From Azolla caroliniana (Eukaryota > Plantae > Polypodiophyta), in assembly GCA_043228905.1 (NCBI GenBank), contig JBHGNT010000007.1:10602001-10666000 (forward strand): a stretch of DNA of 64,000 nt, in the 5' to 3' direction. Made by a program: the position numbers and the translations under genes. Numbering within the stretch: the stretch's first letter is position 1; the number at the start of each line of letters is the position of its first letter. A model generated the notes under the pieces. It did not search any database. It was not told the origin of the DNA and saw only the letters and a program-made list of their open reading frames with translations. Positions 23,166 through 36,440 of the stretch are shown here, one piece after another.

Positions 23166-26107
23166 ACGGGTAACAAGGTTCTTCTGGCAGGAAGACCGAC
23201 GTATCTTGTCATCACCTGGTTTGGGGCCCTTCTTGGCCGGTTCGGACTTCGTTCCCGAAGTTCCGCCTTCATCCTTTCCGGAGTCGGGGTCACTCCGATC
23301 CGACTCAACATTGCCAGTTTTGTATTCCGACATCTTCTTCTTCCCTTTCTCTTTGCGTGTGAACCGTCTCCTCGGTTCCTTAAGCGGGAAGAGCACAACA
23401 GAGTCTCCACCACTCGTTGGTTCTTCATCCGACTGGTCATCCCGACTCAACCGGTTATTCGGTACACTCAACCTGAATGAAATCAGACTCTCTTCTAGAG
23501 TGCCAAAATCTTCATCTTCTACTTGGACCTCCTCGGGTTCACTAGCCTCATCTTCCGGAATCGGGTCTTTGTCGGGAGTTGGAGTTGGTAGGGTGTACCA
23601 TGATGCCATCTCATCAAACTTGACATCTCGGCATACTCAGACCTGCTTAGTCTGGGGGTTATAACACTTATACCCCTTTTGCTCATGTGAGTAACCGACT
23701 AGGATGCACTTCTCCGACTTCGGATCCAGCTTCCTCCGCTTTTCATCTGGTACATGCACATATGCTATGCTACCGAATATCCGAAGGTGTCTCAAATTCG
23801 GCTTTCACCCAAAATACAGCTCATGTGATGACACCTTGTCATCGATCCAATTTTGGATGTAGACGGCCGTTCGGACCACGTCAACCCAGTAGAAATGGGG
23901 CATGCTCTTATCCTCTAGCATTGCCCTTGCCGCATCGACAATCAACCGGTTCTTCCTTTCAGCCACACCGTTTTGCTCTGGCTTTTCATCCGGTACATGC
24001 ACATATGCTATTCTACCGAATATCCGAAGGTGTCTCAAATTCGTCTTTCGCCCAAAACACAACTCATGTGCTGACACCTTGTCATCGATCCGGTTTTAGA
24101 TGTAGACGGTCGTCCGAACCGCCTCAGCCCAATAGAAATGGGGCATGCTCTTCTCCTCAAGTATTGCCTTTGTCACATCGACAATCGACCAGTTCTTCCT
24201 TTCGGCCACACCGTTTTTCTGTAGCATGTATCTGAAGTTGAATTCTCTCTGAATTCTGTTCTGCCGTAGATAACTATCGAATTGGCCGGAAAAGTATTCT
24301 TTTCCACCATCTAACCGCAAGCACTTGACCTTCCTCTCCGTTTCCCGTTCAACTAAGCTTTGCAAGTTCCAGAAACATTTGAAGACTTCGCTCTTTCGTT
24401 CCATGAGATAGATCCACGTGTGCTGGTTGTATTCGTCGATGAAGGAGACGAAATACGGACTCCTGCCAAGGCTAACGTTCTGTGCCGGTCCCCATACATC
24501 TGAATGTATTAGATCGAGCTTGTTATGGCTCTGGTTTTGTTCGGTGGGGAATGGAAGCCGGTGTTGCTTCCCAAGTTGGCAGGCTTCACAAATTTCGGCC
24601 TTCCGGCCACTAAATTTCGGCAAACCGAAAACTTGTTTCGGTTCCAGGTCTTGAAGCCTCCGATAATTGATATGGCCGATCCGCTTGTGCCACAGGTTGA
24701 TGTCCGACTTGACCTTCTTCCCTTTCGCAAATATAGCGGTGCCGACATCATTAGTGTTGAGGATGAACATCCTCCTGTCTCTGCGCCCTTGCGCAATTAT
24801 CCGGCCGTCTTCCTCAATGAAGCACCCGAGGTGCGTAAACCGCACCTACATCCCTTGGTCGACGATTTGTCCGACCGACACCAGGTTCTTTGTGATTGTC
24901 GGAATATGTAGTATGTTCATCAGCTTCCCCTTTTGTCCGACATGGCTTAAAGGGACTTCTCGGACATGCACAATCGGGTGAGGGGTGTCGTCTCCGGTTT
25001 CGACAATCCCTGGTTGTTCCTATTTCTCCAAAAAAGAGAACCACTCTTCATGGCTCATCATGTGGTTGGACGCTCCGGAATCAACGTACCATACTTCCTC
25101 TGATCCAAAAGTAGTCTTCTTCATTGAGTTAGCCTTGTGTTTCATCACGAAGGTTGGCCCTTTACCGGTTTTCCCTTTTCCGGATCCTTCCGATCCTTTC
25201 GCGTAGTGCGAGCTTTACCTGTTCTCCTGACCGGTTTTGCCGTATCCAGATTTGTCCAAATCGGCGCGCTTCTTCCAACACTCACTTTCCCTGTGGACCT
25301 TTTTGCCATAGTACCAGCATTCCGTGTCGGCCTTTCCTTGCCGGTTCCTTGAGCTGCTTTGACTCCCCCTGCTTGTGGAGGGTCCGGATTTGTTGTCGGC
25401 AACACCTCTGTGCCTCCGGTCCTGCTCTTGTCGGCCGCCTCCATTGTGTGCCGACCCACCTCGTCCACCACGTCCATGGGGCCGATCTGTTTCCGTGTAC
25501 AACATCTGGTCGTTCGATTGAGTGGTCCTTGACCCACTTGCGTGGTTTTCTTTGACCATCAGCATCAATTGCAAGTCGAAGTAAGACGGTGGTTTCTCTC
25601 GGGTGCAGATCGCTATCTGGATTGGCCCGTACCTTTGTGCTAGACCACCGAGGCCGATTTGTACCATCTCGTCTTCTTCCACCGTCACGTTGATAGACCT
25701 GAGTGTGTCACAAATCTCCTCTATCATGGTGGTGTAGTCCGTAACTGACATGTCTCTTTGCCGGATGTTGTTCAGCTCTTGCTGGAGCTGCAACTTACGG
25801 GCTATGGTACTTGCGGCGAAAATCTTCCGTATATTTTCCTAGGCCTCCTTCGGCATCTTTGCATCCTTATGTAGTTGAGCATCTGATCATGCAAACCGGA
25901 CGCGAGACAGTACAGTACTCGACTCGCTCCTTGCTCCCATACCGGGAAGTCACTGTGTGTCGGCTCCGGTGCTACCTCATTTGTTCCCTCCACGAAGCTC
26001 CAATATCCATGCCCCAGCAGGTATTGGTGCATCTTGTATGACCAGGACGTGTAGTTGCTCCGGTCGAGCTTCTTTGTTGGAAGTGAACTCACCATTCCTC
26101 TATCCAT
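23166..26107 (-). pseudogene. Copia element J gag-protease-integrase, disrupted
   Basis: Gag (KLDRSNYTSW, zinc knuckle), protease (WYVDSGAS region near 25080), LWHKRIGH..CEAC, IHSDVWGP and QNGVAERKN motifs. Confidence 0.92.
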
Positions 26108-26190
26108 GTTGTCTCTCTGTCTGTTGTTGCCGGATTCTAGGGTTCGTCTATGAAAACCAAGCGTCGACTGCAAAGGTTCTCAACCCTCGT

Positions 26191-26202
26191 GCTCTGATAC
26201 CA
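26191..26202 (-). promoter_or_regulatory. primer binding site, tRNA-iMet
   Basis: TGGTATCAGAGC. Confidence 0.92.
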
Positions 26203-26659
26203 TGTGAATGTTAATGTGTGGAAGTGTCAGACAGAACCGACTCAACCGGATAGCAACAGAAAATGAGATGAAGGTTTAATGGAGAAGCTTAACACAGAGA
26301 GTATATACAAGAGAGACAAAGAGAGCAGAAAATAGACTATATTCAACAAATAACTCTAAAACTCTGTACATACAATGTGCTAAACAACACTATTTATACA
26401 AGTCCATAAAGGACTGACAGAAGCACTAACATGTACTTCAATATTCCTACGTGCGACTGACACTGACTATAAGACGATGCTTACCTAGTTGTCTAGGCTA
26501 CTACTAAGCTTCTGGTTCCCGCTCGAATCTGGTTCTCTGATCCGTCTCCCCGATCCAACCGATTGTCTCCGGATACCGATCCGGCTCATCCTTCTGGATG
26601 CCGATCTGGCTCAGGCTTATTCAACCGATCCGGATCCGGTTGAACTTGCTCACTCAACA
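26203..26659 (-). repeat. 5' LTR of Copia J
   Basis: TGTTG...CACA, adjacent to the PBS, with TATAAATA inside. Confidence 0.8.
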
Positions 26660-27651
26660 GAAAGGTTGTCAGAGGAGGACACACTTGCACAATGGGTGAA
26701 ACAAGCAAGGCTAAATGGGCAACGGGCTAGAAAAAGTCTGAAGAAGGGGCCACGATCGGGGACAAGACCAGTTACTTGATCAAGGGGCTCTTGAATTGGA
26801 GCTAATTACTACCAATTACCAATTAGTGGGACATGACTATTAGCAATTTTCCTAGAAAATTATGAAGATGGCCTATGGTTTATTTGGACAAGTAAAACCT
26901 CAGATTGGTTGTTGCTTGACCCACATTATGTAACGGAACTCTATGATGGATTTTAAGATAATATTATTATTTTGTTGCAAAATATTTCATGTTCATTATG
27001 TTGTTTAGTGAGACTGTTAGCTACTTTGTGAGTTTCAATATGTTGGTGTTTTCTGATGTGCAGAGTCTAACGGGTTTGAATCTATTGCTCCTAAGGCCGA
27101 TGGCAGTGTGGAAACTGTTGATGTTGTAGGGTGTTTAGAGGGCCCCATCTTGAAAGTAGATGTAGCAACTAACACAAAGGATTTGGTAACGCAAGTAGAT
27201 CAAGCATGTTGCACAAATGATCTGATTTTGCAGGCAGATGCAACATGTGATACTAGTGGGTTGATATCGACCAGAGAAGTATCTACATGGATAGAGGTAA
27301 TGCCAGGACCAATGACAAAATCGATTATACAAGAGCAAAACAATGTGAAGCCAGGACCAATGACTACACAAGAGCAAAACAAGGTGAAATCAAACCCAAA
27401 GACACAGTCGACTAGGGGTTTGAAGAGGAAAAGGAAACCAATTGTGTTGACAGAACCTGAGTTGATTGAAATTGATCGTGTGCTACCAATACTTGGTGTA
27501 ATAGAGCCTCAGTTGTAGGAATGGAAACCTAAACCAATAGAAGACGAAAGAAGAGCCTTGATCTTGGAATACAACTACTTTGTCCACTTTACAAGAAAAC
27601 TAGTATGATCTCCTTGTAGCTACAAATTCCATGGCATACTATTGTAAATAC
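26660..27651. mobile_element. remnant of an older Sola2-like element (cargo exons on +, transposase last codons on -)
   Basis: ERLSEEDTLAQWVKQARL and GPILKVDVAT..RRALILE match the cargo at 33860-34800. 27620-27651 matches the transposase end YNSMPWNL*. Confidence 0.85.
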
Positions 27652-28337
27652 TTATAGGGTGTATAAGATAAAGGATTGTCGTACACAATATGAGGGCTTG
27701 ACCAAGTAGATTAGAGAGAGTTTTGAATTAAAATAGATTATAACGACCAAGGTAACTACGAATTAGTGTGGGAGACTCAAGAAATTAACACAAAAGATAG
27801 AGAAGATGAGAAAGGGGCAAGAATGTTATAATATTCAATTATCAAGACCATACAGAGGAGATAAACTCCACATTGAACTAAAAAACCAAAGACCTTCTTA
27901 CTTCCAATCACTCAAACCCATTACTAAGACCCTTCCTCTTCCACTAAGACACCTCTTCCCAAGACTCCTTCTCTATTAGGATCCTTTTCCTTCCAAGACT
28001 CCTCCTCGTCTATTCCGACCCCCCCTCCTCTATTAGGATCCTACTCCCAAGACTATCACTTACTCTTTTATAATTTTCTTCTTATTCCTTGTTCACGTTA
28101 TTTTTGGAAGATTTTTATCTCCTATTTTTTGCTAAGACCCAACGACCTTCTAATCTTCATGTCTCCCTCATCCAAGCTCCAAATTTAGAGACTTAAAACA
28201 TTATAGATAACTCTCTTTACAAGCTTTCTAACCCATATTTCAACGGGATATCTGGGTTACAAACGAAAGAGTTATGACCATTCCTTTTTTGACTGTTTTT
28301 TATGGCCCACTCTTTCTCTTTTTACTTTTCTTTATGT
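27652..28337. repeat. putative solo LTR or unclassified insert (continues at 38879-39006)
   Basis: Interrupts the old transposase remnant, with AAATAC on both sides (27646-27651 and 39007-39012). Non-coding, with short internal repeats. Confidence 0.4.
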
Positions 28338-28362
28338 GGGTGAAAGCATGCGAGTGGAAACA
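28338..28362 (+). repeat. left TIR
   Basis: GGGTGAAAGCATGCGAGTGGAAACA. Confidence 0.92.
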
Positions 28363-28703
28363 ATTAGCTATGTCCTTGACATAGCTAATTAGCTATGCAA
28401 AAAGCTACCATTGATAAATAGTCATTTTAGTAAAAAGCCATCATTAATAAATTAAGTATGCAAAAAACTACCATTGAAAATACTAGAGTGTTTTAATTAC
28501 ATATGTAAATGAGTGCCATAAATGTACAACATAAACGTGCAACATAAATTGATATGTGCACCATAAATGTGTACCATAAATTATATATCGAATTCCTAGG
28601 TCCATTATGCATGATCCTTTGACACATCACGTAGGCCATCTCTAGTTGAGTATTGTGGGTTAGTTGCTACCACTGTTGCTAAACCCTATCGAGTCCACCT
28701 GCC

Positions 28704-29140
28704 GCCACTCTACACTCAGGGGCCGCTACTGTGCGTTCCAAGCATCATCAAAGAGCTGTTCAATCTGACGGGGTTCTCTTCTCTGTGCCACTCTACACTC
28801 AGGGGCCGCTACTGTGCATTCCAAGCATCATCAAAGAGCTATTCAATCTGACGGGGTTCTCTTCTCTATGCCACTCTACACTCAAGGGCCGCTACTGTGC
28901 GTTCCAAACATCATCAAAGAGTTGTTCAATCTGACGGGGTTCTCTTCTCTGTGCCACTCTACACTCAAGGGCCGCTATTGTGCGTTCCAAGCATCATCAA
29001 AGAGTTGTTCAATCTGACGGGGTTCTCTTCTTTGTGCCACTCTACACTTAGGGGCCGCTACTGTGCGTTCCAAACATCATCAAAGAGTTGTTCAATCTGA
29101 TGGGGGTCTATGCCACTCTACACTCAGGGGTCGCTACTGT
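28704..29140 (+). repeat. 83-bp tandem repeat, about 5.3 copies
   Basis: Units start at 28704, 28787, 28870, 28953 and 29036, plus a partial copy. Confidence 0.95.
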
Positions 29141-29433
29141 CTAGTCCTGTATTGCTTCCACATTTCGATTTGACGGAGTTCACTCATCCAACAACAACAT
29201 TCTACACTTAGTTGTCGCCATTGGCAGGTCCTGGATCGCCTCCTCAACTGTTCGATCCAACGGAGTGAACTCCTCTACTGTTCGGTCTTGGATTGCAATA
29301 ACTTTTCTGTCTATTGATTATCTTGTGTATTGTTGTGTCTAATCTTGTGTATTGTGGAATATTTTTGTGTATTGTTGTTGCCCATAGCCATCTTAAATAC
29401 TTGTTTTTTTTTCTGGAAATTTAGGGTTTTAAT

Positions 29434-32400
29434 ATGTCCAGCCAAATGGAAGGGGAAGAAGGGTGTTTAGAATTACCCCTCAATGATCATAAGGATAGGG
29501 ATGATGCTATCAGGACACAACAAGCCATACGAAACTATTGGGCAGAAAAAAAAAAGGAAACATCGTCAATTGTTGAAGGATACGAAGGCCACACTCAGTA
29601 AGGTAAGGATAGTTATGCTGAGAATGTAAGTAATGCGACTGCCATCATAGAGAGAAAGGTTGTATACTATTTCAATGTTCAAACCAAGCACATCAGCAAT
29701 GAAGAAAAGAAGGTAGTACTTTATGGAATATGTAATGATCCATCGATAAAGGACTTAGTTGATTGTGATGGTCTTAATGCAAACATATCATCTGTTTTAG
29801 TAAATAATCTTCGTAATAGTTTCGTATCCATGAGCAGGTCAGAAGATGATCTTGTCTTAAAAAGGTCTAGTCTAATGATGTTACTTAATAGTGATGTTGA
29901 CGATATAAACATCAATGAGCTATCTAAGGTAATTGGTGTTAGTAGAAAAACAGTGTACAATACAATGAACCGTATAATTTCCTCGGGTGAAGGAGCTAGT
30001 CTACTAAAGCTAACTACAAGATGTAAGCCAATGACACCCATAACATTTGAAATCAAGGATGTAATCACAATGTTTTGGACTAATGAGAGTAGGGTTTCAC
30101 CCAATAAAAAGGATTTATGCAGGAAACGTGTTGGAAGCAATCAATACGAGGAGCATCCCATTCATCTTCTTGATGTACCTCAGGTATTTACATTTATCTC
30201 AACATTTGTTTTGACTCTACACGGAAAGTTAATTAGCTCAGTTAGCAAAAAAGCTAATTAGCTTATCAGTTACATTTACCTTAGTTAGCTACTAGGATAA
30301 CTACTATATAGGTAACTGGCTACTCTCAATAGCTACTACCATGATAGCTAATTAGCTATTCTCAATAGCTAATTTAGTTACTACCAGATAATTAGCTACC
30401 AAAATAGCTAACTAGCTACCAGGACAACTAATTAGCTACTAGGATAGCTAATTTCGTTATTATCAGCTAATTCGCTACTAGGAAAGCTAATTTCGTTATT
30501 ATCAGCTAATTCGCTACTAGGAAAGCTAATTAGCTACCATGATAGCTAATTAGCTATTAGGACAACTAATTAGCCACCATGATAGCTAATTAGCTACTAG
30601 ACCAGCTAATTAGCTACCATGATAACTAATTAGTTACTAGGAAAGCGGAAAGCTAATTAGCCACCATGATAGCTAATTAGCTACTAGACCAACTAATTAG
30701 CTACCATGATAGCTAATTAGTTACTAGGAAAGCGGAAAGCTAATTAGCCACCATGATAGCTAATTAGCTACTAGACCAGCTAATTAGCTACCATGATAGC
30801 TAATTAGCTACTAGGACAGCTAATTAGCTACCATGACAACTAATTAGCTACTAGGACATCTAATTAGCTACTAGAATAGCTAATTAGCTACCATGATAGC
30901 TAATTAGCTACTAGGATAGCTAATTAGCTACCATGCTAGCTAATTAGCTACTAGGATATCTAATTAGCTACTAGGATAGCTAATTAGCTACCATGATAGC
31001 TAATTAGCTACTAGGACAGCTAATTAGCTACCATGATAGCTAATTAGCTACTAGGATAGCTAATAAGCTACTAGAATAGCTAATTAGCTACTAGAAGAGC
31101 TAATTAGCTACTAGGATAGTTAGCTAGTTACGAGAATAACTAATTCCCCTTTATTACACAGGTCGATTTATTTATTAGGTTCAAATGAATGCATCCAAAT
31201 ATTAAAGTTCAACTACGAACATTCGAGTCTCTTAAGCCACACTTTGTGAGACGCTTAAAGGATCGATACACATGTTGTTGCATTTACCATGTACAAATGG
31301 GTTTCCTGAAGGACTCTGTTAATCTACTACGTCACCATAACGCATCCCTTACTAATATAGTTTGCACATGTGGGTGCCCAATCTGTCGATCAAGCCCGCA
31401 AGAGGAGTGTATATCATCTGAGCACGTTATCTCTTCCATGAGTTATTTATTAGATTCAATATTGTGTCCGAGAGAAACTGACACTATCTTCCATATTCAT
31501 AAATGTGTCATGGGTTTATGTCAAGATTGTGGCCCTACTAGATTTAGGTGGTGTCCAAATGAATTGAGTAGTGAAATATTGATCTCTGTGAAGTTATTTG
31601 AGTCAGTGAAGAAGGAAATGTGTGTAAAAGAAAGGATCTAGTTCGGAAGATGCTTAAACCAAGGGATTTGGTGTCTCTATTTGTAGTATCTCTAGGAAAG
31701 TTCATTAAACACAACTTCATTTATTCATGGCAGGCCCATCAGTTTAAGACTTGCATATCTTATTTCCCAAATGATGTAGTAGTCTCAGTAGTAGATTTCG
31801 CAGAGAATTATACTTTCAAGCAGTAGAATGAAATTCAATCTATGCATTGGTGTTCAGTTCAGGTAACCATTTTTGTGCACATAACATATTTTCGAGTTTC
31901 AGGTGATGTTAAAAAAGTAATTCATTTCTTTATTTCTGATGATAAGAAGCATGATACCTTGTTCGTCCAACATTGTTTTAAGTTACATTGGCAGTGGTTA
32001 TTAGCTCAACGTTTGGAGCTTACTCAACATTGGGTCTGGTCTGACAGAGCTGCGTCACAATTCAAGGCTCGACGTCCATTTTATTTTGTGGGGAGGTATC
32101 CTGCTATAACAGGTTTGGAGATGAGATGGAATTTTTTTGGGTCTGGCCATGGTAAAGGTGAACATGATGGTGCAGGAGCTGTTATAAAGCGGGCACTTAC
32201 CCATGAACAACTAAAGACATATGGTGTGCACATGAATTGTGCATCACACGTAGTTGAATTTTTAAGAACAAATATGTCAACGAGTGCAACATGTGTTTAT
32301 TCCTCGCAAGTCCAAGATATCAAACGTGAATTTTGGGAAGTGAAGATAGATGAAGTAAATAGGGAGAAGACCTGGGAGTGCCAAGGAATTCCCGAATTGC

Positions 32401-32993
32401 GATCTCTACATGCTGTTCGCGGTTATTCTAGGTTGGATGGTCATTGTATTGCGGTTATAGAATTGACTTGTTTTTGCTTCCATTGTGTGCAGGGAAATTG
32501 GAGATATTGTCTAAACAAAGCATACATTCAGAATTGGGAGTATCACACTCTGAATGATAAGGAAGCAGTTGATGGAGAAACATGGCAGAATGTTGACTTC
32601 ACATATGAGGGACTTGGAGATACTTTGAGTGATGTCCTGAACGTTGGGGATAACTTCGTTGTAAATGCTGAAGAAGGCAATTCAGAGGGTGCTGATTTCT
32701 ATATATTGAAGTGCACGGTTAGTAAACAGTGTGCAAGGCAGAATATTGTAGATGCATGGGGAAATTTTGTATTTGCCGAGACATTCTACATCGAAGGCAT
32801 TTTTTATGCAAAACTAGATGATTACGAATATGTGTACAAGCTGTTAGAAGACAAACCAGCGGCGTACATGTACTCTCATTTGGTCAGGTGCATCAACGTC
32901 CCAATGTCAGAATACAATAGCTGCTCAGGTTTATACACTGTTGGTGCTAATGTGTATGAATGTATTTACAATAGTATGCCATGGAATTTGTAG
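29434..32993 (+). pseudogene. transposase (Sola2-like DDD), two exons, a few stops and one frameshift
   Basis: Exon 1 runs to 30183, then a phase-0 GT-AG intron 30184-31161, then exon 2 with TCCCIYH, VVDFAENY, WSDRAASQFK and WNFFGSGHGKGEHDGAG. Confidence 0.85.
30230..31145. repeat. intronic satellite of palindrome TAGCTAATTAGCTA (20/40-bp period)
   Basis: Dozens of copies separated by CTAGGA or CCATGA spacers. Confidence 0.95.
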
Positions 32994-33342
32994 CTACAAG
33001 TAGCAATTACCATGTTCTCTTGTAAAACAAACATGTATTTTCGCGAAAACAGTTAAATAAATTCGTTTGAGAATCAATTTCTTGTATACAGTCTGCTTTC
33101 TATGCTTCTTTCTCAATAAAATCATGTTTTTTTTGTTAAGTTTTAAGTTATAAGTTATAGCGAAATAGTCATCAGTAGCTAATTAATTGTACAAATGCAG
33201 CTAATTAGCTGTCAATAGCTAAATAGTCATCAATAGCATGAAATCAACAATTTGCAACATATTCCTCAAATTACACAATAGATAAGTACAATGGGAACAA
33301 GTAATTAAATTCTTCATTGAATAATGTCATCTCTTTACATAT

Positions 33343-34476
33343 TTACAAATTACCATTGGAAATGTCTACAAATCTCCTATAAACAACTAAGCTCTTGCTA
33401 GTCAGTGGAACGAGTCTACATATATTATCCGCATATCGAGCTCGGTATGGAGTCCACAACCATGCACCTAGTTGGCAGCTCACTGTTTGCACCAGGTCCT
33501 GTTCAAGCATTTCCTCGGGTAGAATGAGACAACATCTCCGAATATTGAAGTAGTGCCGGAAATGTTCTGTATCCAAAATCAATGTGTTGTCAGCATTATA
33601 TTCAGGCCAAGTAGCCCAAAAATCAGAAAGTCTCTTGAATCTTGCAACTTCCATTTGCTCACAATTTTCTCGTGCCCATTGACCTTTAAAACGACTTCGC
33701 CATTTTGGGAAGAATCTTGCTAAACACTTCCACACATCTGATTTTGGTTTTTCACTCCAAATAAACAAATCAAAGTATTGCACAACCCACTCTAGAAACT
33801 GATTCGCGTCCCTCCTTGGCTGCATATATCTCACACTCATCAAGACTTTATCAAGCTCCAAGATCAAGGCTCTTCTTTCGACTTCTAGTGGTTTAGGTTT
33901 CCATTCCTGAAACTGAGTCGTTGTTACACCATTTTCTGGTAGGACACAATCAATCTCAATCAGCTCAGGTTCGACCAACACAACTGGCGTCCTTTTCCTC
34001 TTCAAACCCCTAGTCGACTGTGTTGGGCCTGGCTTCACATTCTGGTGCTCTTGTTTTGTCGGCTTAGTTATCAATCCTTGGATTACCTCAGTGCATGTAG
34101 CTACTGATTTGCTCGATATCAATCCACTGGTATCACATGTTGCATCTACCTGCAACATCAAGTCATCCGTGCAACATGCTGCATCTACCTGCAACACCAA
34201 GTCATCCGTGCAACATGCTGCATCTACCTGCAACACCAAGTCATCAGTGCAACATGCTTGATCAACTTGTGTGACCAGATCACTTGTGTCAGTTGCTACA
34301 TCTACTTTCAAGATGGGGCCCTTTAAACACGCTGCAACATCAACAGTATCCACACTGCCATTGGCCTTACGAGCAATAGAATCAAACCCTTTAGACTCTG
34401 AAACATCAGAAAACACCAACATATTCACACTCACAAAGTAACTAACAGTCTCACAAAACAACATCCTGAACATCAA
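33343..34476 (-). CDS. transposon cargo: FCP1/SCP (NIF)-like HAD phosphatase-fold protein with degenerate DxDxT motif
   Basis: ALILELDKVL..PRRDANQFLEWVVQYFDLFIWS..RENC..KRLS..NTLILD parallels the NIF domain consensus. Also 13-aa repeats (DLVLQVDAACCTD) and an NLS-like KRKR. Probably entered through a splice acceptor near 34400. Confidence 0.7.
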   Translation of the reverse strand: MMFRMLFCETVSYFVSVNMLVFSDVSESKGFDSIARKANGSVDTVDVAACLKGPILKVDVATDTSDLVTQVDQACCTDDLVLQVDAACCTDDLVLQVDAACCTDDLMLQVDATCDTSGLISSKSVATCTEVIQGLITKPTKQEHQNVKPGPTQSTRGLKRKRTPVVLVEPELIEIDCVLPENGVTTTQFQEWKPKPLEVERRALILELDKVLMSVRYMQPRRDANQFLEWVVQYFDLFIWSEKPKSDVWKCLARFFPKWRSRFKGQWARENCEQMEVARFKRLSDFWATWPEYNADNTLILDTEHFRHYFNIRRCCLILPEEMLEQDLVQTVSCQLGAWLWTPYRARYADNICRLVPLTSKSLVVYRRFVDISNGNL

Positions 34477-35194
34477 AGAGTTTCAGCCATAGAACAACAA
34501 TCTTCAAATTATCTTGAAAGAACATCATAGAGTTCCATTACATAATGTGGATCAAGCAACAACCACTCTGAGGTTTTACTTGTCCAACAGGATAGTAAAA
34601 CTTCATAAAACCCTAGCAAAATCCCTAAGCTAACAATCATATCCAACTAAACAGTATTTCGCTCCACTACGTCTGGGCCCCATGACCGAGTAGCTGGTCT
34701 TGTTCCTAATCGTGGTCCCTTCTTCAGCCTTTTTCTGGTCGGTTCCCTATTTAGCCTTGCTTCTTTCACCCAATGCGCAAGTGTGTCCTCCTCTGACAAC
34801 CTTCCCATCGCCTCAACAACTAATTGCACATCAGCCATTTCTTGAACTAGCTTTTCAAGTACAGAGGGATCTGTTTGGACATTTTCAGTAGTTGGGCTCG
34901 GTGGGGTGGAATCAAGGTCTTGAGATTCGAAGAAATGTTGCATCAAGTGTTCATAAACACTGTTGTTGTGAACCTCAGTTTTACATGTTGTTTCCACTAT
35001 TTCATGGCATTTCACATCGTTGCCTAATTCAATACACTGTTCCAAAAGAATAGCGTGGAGCTTATCTGAAGGAGATGTGATAGCAGGACTCTTACTTTCA
35101 GTCACGTTGGCAGCAGTATCCTCATCTGTTGCAGCGTCATCAGCACCAGACACATCATGTGTCGTCCTTAATCCACAAGATTCTACAATAACAT

Positions 35195-36440
35195 GGCAGC
35201 TATTTAGGATAGCTAATTAGCTACTTTACTAAACTATGGTAGAAGCTAGGATAGCTAATTAGCTAGTACAATAGATAATTAGCTACTTTACTCAACTATG
35301 GTAGTAGCTAGGATAGCCTATTAGCTACTTTACTCAACTATGGTAGTAGCTAGGATAGCTAATTAGCTACTTTACTAACTATGGTAGTATCTAGGATAGC
35401 TAATTAGCTACTATGGTAGCTAATTAGCTACTTTACTCAACTATGGTAGTAGCTAGGATAGCTAATTAGCTACTTTACTCAACTATGGTAGTAGCTAGGA
35501 TAGCCTATTAGCTACTTTACTCAACTATGGTAGTAGCTAGGATAGCTAATTAGCTACTAGGATAGCTAATTAGCTACTTTTCTCAACCATGGTAATAGCT
35601 AGGATAGGTAATTAGCTACTTTACACAACTATGGTAGTAGCTAATTAGCTAGTAGGATAGTTACTTAGCTACAATAATAGCTAATTAGCTACTTTCTCAA
35701 CTATGTAGTAGCTAGGATAGCTAATTAGCTGCCAGTATCTAATTAGCTGCCATTAGCTAATTAGCTACTAGGATAGCTTATTAGCTACTTTACACAACTA
35801 TGGCAGTAGCTAATTAGCTAGTAGGATAGCTAATTAGCTACAATGATAGCTAATGAGCTACTTTCTCAACTATGTAGTAGCTAGGATAGCTAATTAGCTG
35901 CCAGTAGCTAATTACCTACTAGGATTAGCTACTTTACACAACTATGGCAGTAACTAATTAGCTACTAGGATAGCTAATTAGCTAGTAGGATAACTAATTA
36001 GTTGTCAGTAGCTAATTAGCTAGTAGGATAGCTAATTAGCTTTTTTACACAACTATGGCACTAGCGAATTAGCTAGTACCATAGCTAATTAGCTACTAGG
36101 ATAGCTAATTAGCTAGTAGCTCATTAGCTGCCAGTAGCTAATTAGCTAGTAGGATAGCTAATTAGCTACTTTACACAACTATGGTACTAGCTAATTAGCT
36201 ACTTTACACAACTATGGTACTAGCTAATTAGCTACTAGCTGCCAGTAGGATAGCTAATTAGCTAGTAGCTAACTAGCTGCCACTTAGCTAATTAACTACT
36301 GTAGTAAACTATGGCAGTAGCTAATTAGCTTATAGGATTGCTATTAGCTGCTTTAATCAACTATGGTAGTAGCTAATTAGCTACAACGATAGCAGCAAAA
36401 GAGTTTCCATACTTTTTACGGCTTAGCTAATTAGAAAAGA
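35195..36440. repeat. second intronic satellite of TAGCTAATTAGCTA
   Basis: Same palindrome with longer spacers such as CTTTACTCAACTATGGTAGTAGCTAGGA. Confidence 0.95.

Noticed and set aside
28731-29100. Three near-identical 67-aa ORFs, and a possible CRISPR-like array
   Set aside because: These are artefacts of the 83-bp tandem repeat. There are no unique spacers, no cas genes, and the context is eukaryotic.
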